Of a stretch of 64,000 nt of DNA, positions 18,535 through 28,600 are shown piece after piece (position 1 is the first letter of the stretch; each line of letters opens with the position of its first letter). Source of the DNA: a virus (taxonomy: Duplodnaviria > Caudoviricetes); the IMG/VR virus record IMGVR_UViG_3300025934_000015, positions 32,001 through 96,000 of that record; one strand, given 5' to 3'. The notes under the pieces were generated by a model. The model searched no databases, was not told where the DNA came from, and was given only the letters and a program-made list of their open reading frames with translations. The translations under genes were made by a program, and so were the position numbers.

Positions 18535-19566
18535 ATGTCCCTGCGCTACGACGAACCCGCCACCGGCCAGGACGTCGAGACCGACGTCGTCGGCGGCAAA
18601 AACGTGCAGGTCATGAAGATGGCGTTCGGGCTGTCGGCGGAGAGCCAGCGTGTCGACGAGACCGCGCCTCTGCCGGTCACGACCTCCCCGGCAGGCAGTA
18701 CGTCGTGGGGACAGGCCACGTACACGGGCGGTTTCGGAGAAGTGATTCGTTTTGCGGTTCCAGCGGCTACACAATGGCTCCTCTTGTCCATCGAGAGCGC
18801 GTCGATGGACGCCGCACTGCAAGCCCAGTTCTCGATCGACGGGGGCACGACGTTCGGTGTTGTCGGGATTGCGATGTTGCGTGAGGTCACGCAACAATTC
18901 GGCTATGCCTTCATTGACTGGCGGACCGGCTATGATGGTGGGGCGAAGCCCTCTCGATGGACCGTCATTGGCCCAATGCCGCCATGGATCACACACTTCC
19001 GCATCAATGTGACTGGTGGTGCTGGGAGTGGGTCGTCGGTCTTCCGGATCGCGGCCATGGACAAGTCGTGGGATATCTCCTCGCTTGCCGTGGGTGCGCC
19101 GACCTCCGGGGCACTTGGGGGCGTGCAGATCTCCGGCTACGACGCAGGCAGCTCACAGAGCAAGTTCATTCCGACGTTCGACAAGTTCAACATCGATGAT
19201 ACAGGCTCGAACGGCCTTGCGGTGGCGTTGGTGACGATGTCCTCAGGACTGACCTTCCGTACCCGGTCCGCGCCGGTCACAACGCTGTTCGATTCGGAGC
19301 TACTCGATATTCCCGTGGGATCTCCGGCGACTGTGGTGACGGGCACGGTGTACGCGGATGTGGTCGTGTTGGTCAACACGACGACGGAGTTGCAAGACTT
19401 TACGCTCACGGATATTTCTGGTCCGCCGCGTGACTATGGCGGGGAGGATCTGCGGCCAAACGAGTGTCGTGTGCTGCCACTCTACGGACTCAAATTCAAC
19501 GGTGGGATCAAGGCCGGAGCGCTGAACGCGGGACTCAAGATTCAGGTCAAGGGGTGGCAGGCATGA
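18535..19566 (+). CDS. putative virion beta-sandwich protein
   Basis: N-terminal QVMKMAFG motif; beta-rich composition. Confidence 0.6.
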   Translation: MSLRYDEPATGQDVETDVVGGKNVQVMKMAFGLSAESQRVDETAPLPVTTSPAGSTSWGQATYTGGFGEVIRFAVPAATQWLLLSIESASMDAALQAQFSIDGGTTFGVVGIAMLREVTQQFGYAFIDWRTGYDGGAKPSRWTVIGPMPPWITHFRINVTGGAGSGSSVFRIAAMDKSWDISSLAVGAPTSGALGGVQISGYDAGSSQSKFIPTFDKFNIDDTGSNGLAVALVTMSSGLTFRTRSAPVTTLFDSELLDIPVGSPATVVTGTVYADVVVLVNTTTELQDFTLTDISGPPRDYGGEDLRPNECRVLPLYGLKFNGGIKAGALNAGLKIQVKGWQA

Positions 19567-22247
19567 GCGTGCGCCCTGCCAAGATCGTCTTCTGTGCGAT
19601 TGTGATTTTGTTCGTCATTCTGCTTCTGGCCTTGCGCGCGGACGCACAAGTAGGCCGGGCGAATGGATCGTTGGCGGCGGAAAACGCGGCGGTGACGATT
19701 GGCAACACCGGCCACGCTGCGCAAATCAGTATCTCCGTCGAGGGTACGTACGACGCCACAATCTGGTTTGAAGGCAAGGTCGATCTCGTCAACACGTTCT
19801 GGCGTCCGATGCAATGCTTCCGGCCAGACTCCCTGCCGCCGAATTCCAACAGTGGCACGATTCAAAACATCGCCGGCGAGCAGGGTGCGTATCTGTGCAG
19901 TGGCAGCGGGTTCCAGACCGTGCGAGCCCGCATGGAAAGCTACGTCAGTGGTACGGCCACGGTGATCGTGAAAGCGCTCGGGACCGCCTCCAGTGTAGCG
20001 GTCATGCCGAACATGTTGACCGTGCAGGTCTCGGGGCGTGTGCCGTCCTATCTCGTGACGTCGGCTGGGAGTAGCTTGGCGGTCAAGAATACGACCCCCA
20101 GCGCCGGCGACTTAGCGTTAGTCGTGCGGAATCTTCCCTCAGGCACACAGGACGTGAACGTCACGAATTTTCCAGCGACGCAAGCGGTCACTGGAACGTT
20201 CTGGCAGGCGACCCAACCGATTTCTGGTACGGTGACGGCCAATGCAGGCACCAATCTTAACACGTCAGCCTTAGCCCTCGATGCGACACTCACAGGCGGC
20301 ACGCAAACGACACGGGTTACTGACGGCACCAACACAGCCACCGTTAAGCCTGCGAGCACAGGTGCAGTGGCTACGGATAAGGCTCTCGTCGTTGCAATAC
20401 ATCCGTCAACGACTGTTGGTGTTACAGGCACATTCTGGCAAGCCACGCAGCCTATCAGTGGATCAGTTAGCGTCTCTAATTTCCCAGCGACCCAAGCCGT
20501 GTCCGGCACCTTCTGGCAGGCGACACAGCCGGTCTCGGGGACGTTCTGGCAGGCGACACAGCCGGTCTCTGGTGGCACGGCGACGAACACGGGACTGACG
20601 ACGGGCCTGCCAGTCCTGGCGGGCCGTGCGCAGACCAGTGCGCCGACGTTCACCGATGGCAACCTCGGGTATCTCTCCATGGATACCGCAGGGAGCCTGC
20701 GGACGGCCGTGCAAAACTTCCCCTCGTCGCAGACCATCAATGGGACAGTGACGATTGCCGGGAGTGGCGGCACGCCCGATGTGGTGACGTGTTGCGGGGG
20801 TCTCGGACGCGCCCTGGTCGTGGATGGCCACAACTTTACGCAACCGGTGTCGGGCACGTTCTGGCAGGCGACGCAACCGGTCTCTGGGACGTTCTGGCAG
20901 GCGACGCAGCCGGTGTCGATTGCGTCCATGCCATCGACCCCCGTCACCGGCACGTTCTGGCAAGCGACGCAGCCGGTCTCACTGACCACCCTTCCGGCGC
21001 TCACCGCAGGCACGGCGGTTATTGGGCACGTCATTAGTGATAGTGGATCGACCACCGCCGTGACCGGCAATGTGACAGCCGTGCAATCCACGGGGTCGAA
21101 TCTGCATGTCGTCGTGGATACTGCGCCGACGACTGCGGTGACATTGGCCTCGACAACGCTGACCGCGAATGCGGTTGTGTCCACGGTCAACAGTAGCACG
21201 GCGACCCTGGGCATCGGTGGGGTGTTCACCGGCACCAGCGAGGACATGACGGAGTACGCGGACATCCGCGTGACGGTGTTTGCCGATCAAGCCTCCGCGA
21301 CGGACGGTCTGTCAATCCAGCAATCCTCGAACGGCACAAATTGGGACGTCACCGACGTCTTTACGATTGCGGCTGGAGCTGGACGCACCTTTGCGATTGG
21401 CAGCTCTGCGAAGTTCTTCCGTGTGGTGTATACGAATGGCGGCGTGGCGCAGGGCGCATTCCGTCTCCAAACTATCTTCCACAAAACGTTTCATAAGCCT
21501 TCCACGAATCGTCCAGCCGACGCCCGTACGAATGAGACAGACACAGAGGAAAATACCTCGTTTCTCATGGGCTACAACGGTACGACGTGGGACCGTCTGC
21601 GCTCCACGACGGCCAATGGGTTGGCGGTGGATGTCACGCGCGTCCCCGCCAATCAATCCAGTAACCAGACCCAGATCAATGGCGTGGCCGTCTCTGTCGA
21701 TCGTGGTACGACGGATACCGGGACGCAGCGCGTGACGACTGCGCAGGATGCGACGTATGCGGCTTCGACGGCGGCGAAGACTGCTACCGCCGCAGGCACG
21801 GCGGCGTTTTTCGAGATTTGCGGCAGTGCCTCGAAGACCATTCGAATTCAGCGCATTGTGGTAAGCGGTACGGTTGCCACCGCAGCCATCTATGGCGATG
21901 TGCAGATTCGCAAGACCAGTAGTGCCGGAACGGGTGCGACCTCGACGACGTTAACGGCGGTGCCCTACGACAGTAACTCGGCGGCGGCAACGGCCACGGC
22001 GAAATTCAATACGGTCCTCCCGACTGGCGGGAATACCCTGGTCGGTAATATCTTTAGCCAGACGCTCTTTTTTCCGATTACAGGGACGGTGACATCTTTT
22101 CAGCCACAACTGCTGTACGTGTGGCGTGATTTGGATGCGGAGTCGCCGGTACTTCGTGGAACGGCGCAGTGCTTGACTGCCGGGTTTGGCACGACGCCGA
22201 CCAACGCGCCCACACTCTCGGTCAGTGTGGCGTGGACGGAGAAGTGA
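19563..22247 (+). CDS. Thr/Ala/Gly-rich fibre-like protein with predicted Sec signal peptide and GTFWQATQP repeats
   Basis: ATG 19563 overlaps the previous stop; MSVRPAK-hydrophobic-ADA|Q; seven GTFWQATQP copies. Confidence 0.75.
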   Translation: MSVRPAKIVFCAIVILFVILLLALRADAQVGRANGSLAAENAAVTIGNTGHAAQISISVEGTYDATIWFEGKVDLVNTFWRPMQCFRPDSLPPNSNSGTIQNIAGEQGAYLCSGSGFQTVRARMESYVSGTATVIVKALGTASSVAVMPNMLTVQVSGRVPSYLVTSAGSSLAVKNTTPSAGDLALVVRNLPSGTQDVNVTNFPATQAVTGTFWQATQPISGTVTANAGTNLNTSALALDATLTGGTQTTRVTDGTNTATVKPASTGAVATDKALVVAIHPSTTVGVTGTFWQATQPISGSVSVSNFPATQAVSGTFWQATQPVSGTFWQATQPVSGGTATNTGLTTGLPVLAGRAQTSAPTFTDGNLGYLSMDTAGSLRTAVQNFPSSQTINGTVTIAGSGGTPDVVTCCGGLGRALVVDGHNFTQPVSGTFWQATQPVSGTFWQATQPVSIASMPSTPVTGTFWQATQPVSLTTLPALTAGTAVIGHVISDSGSTTAVTGNVTAVQSTGSNLHVVVDTAPTTAVTLASTTLTANAVVSTVNSSTATLGIGGVFTGTSEDMTEYADIRVTVFADQASATDGLSIQQSSNGTNWDVTDVFTIAAGAGRTFAIGSSAKFFRVVYTNGGVAQGAFRLQTIFHKTFHKPSTNRPADARTNETDTEENTSFLMGYNGTTWDRLRSTTANGLAVDVTRVPANQSSNQTQINGVAVSVDRGTTDTGTQRVTTAQDATYAASTAAKTATAAGTAAFFEICGSASKTIRIQRIVVSGTVATAAIYGDVQIRKTSSAGTGATSTTLTAVPYDSNSAAATATAKFNTVLPTGGNTLVGNIFSQTLFFPITGTVTSFQPQLLYVWRDLDAESPVLRGTAQCLTAGFGTTPTNAPTLSVSVAWTEK
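20190..20980 (+). repeat. seven GTFWQATQP[VI]S peptide repeats, partly tandem 33-nt units
   Basis: copies near 20193, 20427, 20505, 20538, 20853, 20886, 20949. Confidence 0.85.
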
Positions 22248-22687
22248 TGACGGACATTCAAGCCGGGCAAATTCTGCTGTTGATGACGACCGTGGGAGGA
22301 TTTATCGCGCAGGCATGGCGTGAGTCGCGCAATCGGCAGTGGGCCATTGCGGATCGGCGGGCTGAGTTGGATGCGCAGACCACGAAGATCATTGCGGAAG
22401 CCAACGCGCGGGCTAAGGCCCTGCTCATTGAAACCGAAACGAAGGCTAAGATTCTGCACTTGGAGCAACTGGCCAGGGCTGAGGAGATTCGGGTGCGCTT
22501 GGATACCCACGATGAATGGGAGCGTCAGGAACGACAGACGTCCGCCGATACGACCGCGCACGTGGTGGGTCTCATTCAAGACGCCAAGTCCGCGGCGCAG
22601 GGCGCGTTTACCGAAGCCAATCACGTGAACCTGAAAATTGCCGATCTCAATCGGCGGCTGCTTCATGAGGAGGAAAAGGGCTCGTGA
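22247..22687 (+). CDS. membrane-anchored coiled-coil protein
   Basis: N-terminal TM helix, then coiled coil. Confidence 0.6.
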   Translation: MTDIQAGQILLLMTTVGGFIAQAWRESRNRQWAIADRRAELDAQTTKIIAEANARAKALLIETETKAKILHLEQLARAEEIRVRLDTHDEWERQERQTSADTTAHVVGLIQDAKSAAQGAFTEANHVNLKIADLNRRLLHEEEKGS

Positions 22688-23541
22688 GTCTCCTCCTTTT
22701 CTGGTCGCCACGCGCGGCAACAGGTGTTTACACCTATGACGGCGAGATTGCGTGTCAGTCGAGCGTCACGGCCCTCGTTGTCGCCCTGGTGGAACCCGTC
22801 ACGGCGATCGCCGCGCAGTCCACCGTCTCGTCACCGGTATCGTTTACAGCCGTTCCCGACGCGGTGATCGCGGCGCAGTTTGGTGTCGTCTCACCATACA
22901 GCTTCACGCACGAATTCGTCACGGCAGGCGAGATTGCGGCGCAGTCTACGGTGGAATCGGCGTACAGCTTTACGCCCTCGAACACGATTGAACTGATCGC
23001 GCGTCCCGGTATCATTTTGACGACGGGACAGGCAGGTCTGACGTATACGCCCGTGGCACGGCCGGACACGGGTGGTGGGGGCATGGCGTGGCCCACGCCG
23101 CAGCGTGTACGTCGCGTACGCCCGCGCGAGCGTGTACCCGTCCTCGTGCATCGGACAATCGTCGCGCGCCCCGCGCGCGTACGCGTGCATGGCTCGGTCT
23201 GCGCATTCTACTTCCGGCGGTCGATCGTCGCCGGACCAGGGACCGTGACGGTTCGGGGCGGGGCCGTCACGGGCACGCTGGTCCGCGCCATCGTGGCCGC
23301 GCGCCCAGCCGGTCGCCAGCCGGTCCCGGCGGTCCGTGGGACGTTCCAGCGGACCATCCTGGCCCGTCCGGTCATGGTCCTCAGCCGCGCGTCTGGGACG
23401 GTCCAGTACCAGTCCGGGGTTATGGCCCAGGTTGGCCGGGTCTTGACCAGTGGCGCGCCTGCAACGCTCACCATCTCCAAACACCCGCGCTACGAAACGA
23501 TGTTCGCTGACGAGGAGTGGCTGCTCATGGAGGTCGCATGA
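22684..23541 (+). CDS. putative virion protein (acidic N-half, Arg-rich C-half)
   Basis: MSLLLFW start; IAAQS repeats; IVA[RG]P repeats; DEEWLL end. Confidence 0.6.
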   Translation: MSLLLFWSPRAATGVYTYDGEIACQSSVTALVVALVEPVTAIAAQSTVSSPVSFTAVPDAVIAAQFGVVSPYSFTHEFVTAGEIAAQSTVESAYSFTPSNTIELIARPGIILTTGQAGLTYTPVARPDTGGGGMAWPTPQRVRRVRPRERVPVLVHRTIVARPARVRVHGSVCAFYFRRSIVAGPGTVTVRGGAVTGTLVRAIVAARPAGRQPVPAVRGTFQRTILARPVMVLSRASGTVQYQSGVMAQVGRVLTSGAPATLTISKHPRYETMFADEEWLLMEVA

Positions 23542-25679
23542 CCCTCGAGCGTTTGGCCCATCTCCGCGCGTTCGCGCGCGTGCGCGCCTTGCAGGCGCAC
23601 GAGGTGCTCCGCACGCTCCAGAATGGTGACGTCCATACGTTCTCATCCACACAGGTGGACTTGCCGGACTCCTTAGCCGATGCCGTGCGGAGTCTCCAGG
23701 TCCTCATTCCGCCTGACCATCTGACGGCAGACGGCTACGAAAAGCGTCCGCATGTGACGGTCAAGTACGGCATCCACGACACGTCCCCGAAGGCGGCATC
23801 GGCCCTGGTCTCCAACACGGGACCCATCACGATGACGTTAGGGCCGACGGGTGTGTTTGAGGCCGATGACTACGACGTCGTCTATGTGTCGGTGGACTCG
23901 GACGCCCTGCGCCAGCTCAATGCGAAGATTTCGGCGGGTGTGCCCGTGACCGACACGCATCCCGAGTACACGCCGCATGCGACGGTGGCGTACGTGGAGA
24001 AAGGCCTCGGGAAGATCTACGACGGCAATCCCACGTTGAATGGGATGACTGCCACGGTAGACGCGTTGCGGTTTATCTCGAAGGACGGGACCGAGACACT
24101 GATTCGGACGGCGGGTGGTCCAGGCTCGGGCAACTTCGGCCATGGTGGACGTCCAGGACAGATTGGTGGATCGTCGAGCGACGAGGGTGTCGTTCATAAA
24201 ATTACAGGTCCCGGCATTGGCGCAGGCATGGCGTCTTATGATCCTGCACGACCTGTTACCGTCCATCACACAGATAAGCGCGATCAGAATTTCGAGATCA
24301 CTGGTCCGACGACCGGCAAAGTGCTTGTGCATAAGGATGATCGGGGATTTGTCGTAACGGATGCCCGTGGAAAACATCCGGACGAAGGCGGACGTCGATT
24401 CACACGTGTGCACCACGCGTATGCCACGAAGGATGAAGCCCTGGCCGTAGCGATCAAGCTGGCCAAAACGCGTGTCAATGATCTCGAAAATGCACATGAG
24501 TGGCCCGACGATGACGACCTCGAAACATTGGGTGGTCCCGGTTCCGGCAACTTCGGCCATGCCGGACGTCCCGGCGAAGTCGGCGGATCGTCCTCCGAAG
24601 ACGGATCCTCATGGAAGGACCCGGGTGGACAGAACCACTCGGGCGTCACGTGGAAGCAGCCGACCGATCCGAAGACCGGCCGTCCCATTCCGATCAAAGT
24701 GGACACGGTGGAGGACGCGGTCAAGCTAGTCTCGGAAGGGAAAGTCGTCGAGGTCAAGGACGTCAAGTCCGCCTACACCCTGATCGATAAACTGGCCGAA
24801 CTGTCACAGCAGGCCAAGGCCAACACCGGCAAGGAAATCGATTACGACCTCTGTCAGGTGACGGTCGCCGGGACCAACATGTTTTGTACCGAGTCCTTGC
24901 GTGAGGCTAAGGTCGGGACGAAGGAGTATAAGGAAGGCGTCCCCCGGATCGAGATGCCACAGTTGGCCGGTCTGCCCGAACCCGGATCCGAAGCCGACAA
25001 CCTGCCGAAAAATGCCAAGGGTGAAGTGGACGCCAGCGCGCACTTTATCCACTTCCTCCAAGGCATCGGCATGAAGACGACCCACGAAGAAGTGCCTGCG
25101 GAAAAACTCCGCGCGTCACAGCGCGAGTTAGTGGGCCAGAACGTGGGCGGCATGATGCGGAACAAGGACTTCGATCCCGCCAAGGATCCGATCTTCATCT
25201 CCAGTGATAACTACGTGGTGGACGGCCACCACCGCTGGGCCGCAACCGTCGGGCGTGACGCGGAAGATGGCCACCTCGGGGACTCCACGATGAAGGTCCG
25301 CCGCATCAACGCGCCGATCTCTGAAGTGCTGCATCTGGCGAATGAGTATTCGAAGCGCTTCGGCATTAAACAGAAGGGTGTTGGCGCAGGCGCGCGGCAC
25401 GCGGGTGGTTCTGGCTCAGGGAACTTCGGTCATAGCGGACGCCCTGGAGAAGTGGGCGGATCGGCCAATAAGGACTTCGAGTCCTACATGACTGCCAATC
25501 CCCACAAGAGCACGTTCGAGATTGGCATCGAAATTCCGCTCGAACGCAAGGGCAAGCCACAGATGGCGAAGTTAGTCCGCAAGGAACATCACGGCGAGGA
25601 GTGGCGCATTCATAACGAACGAGGCCAATACGTCTATTCCGAAGGCTTCCGCTACGTGACTGAGCATCGCAAGAAATGA
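23538..25679 (+). CDS. polyvalent head-module protein A: Acb1-like 2H phosphoesterase, unknown domain, ParB/Srx-like domain, small domain; 3 tag copies
   Basis: GGAGG-N4-ATG overlapping the previous stop; HVT and HAT motifs; SQRE...DGHHRW; tags at 24114, 24531, 25404. Confidence 0.85.
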   Translation: MTLERLAHLRAFARVRALQAHEVLRTLQNGDVHTFSSTQVDLPDSLADAVRSLQVLIPPDHLTADGYEKRPHVTVKYGIHDTSPKAASALVSNTGPITMTLGPTGVFEADDYDVVYVSVDSDALRQLNAKISAGVPVTDTHPEYTPHATVAYVEKGLGKIYDGNPTLNGMTATVDALRFISKDGTETLIRTAGGPGSGNFGHGGRPGQIGGSSSDEGVVHKITGPGIGAGMASYDPARPVTVHHTDKRDQNFEITGPTTGKVLVHKDDRGFVVTDARGKHPDEGGRRFTRVHHAYATKDEALAVAIKLAKTRVNDLENAHEWPDDDDLETLGGPGSGNFGHAGRPGEVGGSSSEDGSSWKDPGGQNHSGVTWKQPTDPKTGRPIPIKVDTVEDAVKLVSEGKVVEVKDVKSAYTLIDKLAELSQQAKANTGKEIDYDLCQVTVAGTNMFCTESLREAKVGTKEYKEGVPRIEMPQLAGLPEPGSEADNLPKNAKGEVDASAHFIHFLQGIGMKTTHEEVPAEKLRASQRELVGQNVGGMMRNKDFDPAKDPIFISSDNYVVDGHHRWAATVGRDAEDGHLGDSTMKVRRINAPISEVLHLANEYSKRFGIKQKGVGAGARHAGGSGSGNFGHSGRPGEVGGSANKDFESYMTANPHKSTFEIGIEIPLERKGKPQMAKLVRKEHHGEEWRIHNERGQYVYSEGFRYVTEHRKK

Positions 25680-28600
25680 TTCAACTGCCACTGTCCCCAG
25701 ACGTCGGCGCGCGGGTGCTTACCCAGGCACTCCTGCGGCTTCGTCTGCTCGGCGGTCCCGGCAGTGGTAACTTCGGGCACAGTGGACGCCCGGGCGAAGT
25801 GGGCGGCTCCAGTGGTGAGCGACAACCCCAGGGCGATGAGGAAGACAACGATCTCAAGGCGCGTACCTTCTTCCATGGCACGCACTCGCTGAGTGTGCAG
25901 GACATTCTCCAACAGGGACTGTTAGTCGGCCATGCGGGGAAGATGTGGCCGAGTTTCTCCTCGCGCGAACATACATACATCACGACCGACCACGACAACG
26001 CGGAACACTGGGCCGAGTCGGCGGTGCAGAAAATGAAGATTGATCACCGGGATGCGGAGATCTATCCGGTGATTTTGACTGTGCGCGTGCCGCCCGAGTA
26101 CGCGCGACGTGTGGTGCAGGATTCCCACTTCCCTGAGCCCGGATCCCCGGCGCGGCAATTCAAAGGCAACATCCACCCCTCGTGGATCATCGGCGCGAAG
26201 ATGGGTGCGTGGGACGATGATGCGGACGGCATTGTATGGAAGGACGTATCGCGGTCGTCCCCGATGCCACGCGCCGCGGCGGACGCCGACACGATTATCC
26301 ACATTGTCCTGTTGCTGACGTCGAAGAAGTTGCGGACAGCCGGTGGTCCTGGCTCGGGCAACTTCGGCCACAGTGGACGCCCAGGACAGGTGGGCGGTTC
26401 TAGTAGCGCATTGACGGATAGCACAACGCATCCGGCCGACATGTCCTTCGAGCAGTTCCAAAAGCCTGTGCCGTTGCCTCCCGTTCCGGAGGGCCATATT
26501 CGGCTGTCGCATGTGACGTCCGCCGAGAATGTGCCGAACATTCTGCGCGAAGGGTTAAAGCAGTCCAAGTCGAAGGGGGCGTCCTACGGCGAGCCGAGTG
26601 TAGTCTGGGCCACGACGCATGGTGAGACGTGGGGCGGCGCACTGGACGCCAACGCCCGCGAAATCATTTTTGACATGCCGACGAAGGACGTCAGCAGTGC
26701 GGGCACACTGCATCGCATGGCGGATGTGCCGCCAGAGGCGATTGTCTCGGTGGAGCGCGCGGGATTTAGCGATGTGTCCACCGGCGCGTTGACCCTCCGG
26801 CAGGAACGGAAACACGAGGATCTGAACACGCGACGCCAGTACTGGGAAGCCTACCAGCGCGAGAAGCCCAAGTCGCCCCTGCCGTTCCGTCCGCCCGGCG
26901 TCTACGACGAGAAGGGGCGGTTGATTGCGCCGGTACAGTCGCAGCCGCACGCGCGGCCGTCCGGCCCGTGGGACATGAACCGTGCCGCCGGAGGTCCTGG
27001 CTCGGGAAACTTCGGCCACAGCGGACGTCCCGGACAAGTCGGCGGATCGACGTCTGGCGACGATGCGCGTATTGATAACCTCGAATCCTTCGACAAAATT
27101 CAGGTAGGCGACTACACGGTCCGTCGGGACATGTATGGCATGTGGGTCGTGTACAACGACCACAGTCACGCCGCGTTTGAGGATGCGCAGGGTGCCAAGC
27201 TGTACCTGCGGTCCAAACAGACGGCCGTGAACGCCGACCCGCATACGCTCGACGTGCCCGTGTCCATCTACCACAATTCGCCAGACCAGTTTGCGGAAAA
27301 TAAACCCACGTTTGGTGCGTACTTCGGGGATGAGCATTTCCTTAAGGCGTTTCCGAATGAATGGGGCGAGCACACGTATAAGGTCACACTGCCGAAGGGC
27401 AGTAAGGTGTTAGACCTGGGTAAGGATACGCCTGAGGCCCGGGAGTTTATGGCGACCGTGGCCGGGATTGCGTATCCGAAGGATCCTGGCATTGCGGACT
27501 GGCAAGCGCGACTTCGACAGGGCGATCCTGCGGCCAGTAGCTACGATGAATTCTACGAAGCGTGGACAGATAAGAAAAACATCCTCGGTGCGTTGAAACA
27601 GCACAAGGGCTACGATGCGGTCCGCTATCAGTCAGAGTACGTGTTGCCACCAGAGACCCTGAAGAAACTCAAGGGCACGAAACTGAAGACGGCGGAAGTG
27701 TTCAGGACGCTCGGTGGATCGGGGTCCGGTAATTTCGGCCACGCGGGACGGCCGGGTGAAGTTGGGGGATCGGTAACAGAGGGTGGACCTAACGGGGAAT
27801 CGGAGCCATTACACGCGGGCCCGCGTATTGGATTTGTAACCCCGACAGGTCAAGAACGTGTCGCTAGTAAAACCAGTGGCGGTATTGGTGGTTACGGTGA
27901 AGACCATACGGATCTTGCACGACGGTTGATGGACGATGAGAACGGCGGCGTACAACCGGCATTGAAACAGGGGTACTTACGCTATTGGGTGCGTAATGGC
28001 GAGATTGCACTCAACTTTAAGTCTGGTCAACCAAATACCGCATCTAACGCTCTTCGATTCATCAAGGAAAACGTTCAGGACGGCGATCGCATTTACCTCG
28101 ACATTGAACATCCCCATGGCGATAACGTTACGCTTGGAGGATTCTTCGACAACCCTCGTGAAGCCAATCAGGCGATCCGTCGTGCAGGTGGACTGAAAAC
28201 ACTTGGGGGCCCTGGCTCCGGTAACTTCGGCCACACCGGACGGCCCGGCGAAGTCGGCGGCTCCTCGGGTGGTGAACTGGGTCCGCGTCCAACGCCCATC
28301 AAGGTGTCGAAGGTCAAGGACGCCATCCCGCTCATCCTCCAGGGCAAAGTCGTCGAGCTGCCGAACGTCCGCAAGGTCAATGTGCTGATGCAGCGATTGG
28401 CCAAGATCGCGAAGGACGCCAAGCGACAGGGTAAGGACGCGCCCTCGTATGATGCGTGTCAGATCGTGGTGCCGGGGTCCAATATCTTCTGTGGTCAGCA
28501 CCTTGTGACCAAGGAATACCCTAACGGCATGCCCCGCATTGTCATGCCGCAGTTTGCTAGTGAACCGATTCCTGGAACGCCTGCCGATAAACTGCCGCGC

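Noticed and set aside
15549-21265. Long minus-strand ORFs (15549-16643, 20048-21265 and similar ones elsewhere)
   Set aside because: Antisense shadows of well-supported plus-strand genes in high-GC DNA; no motifs or RBS.
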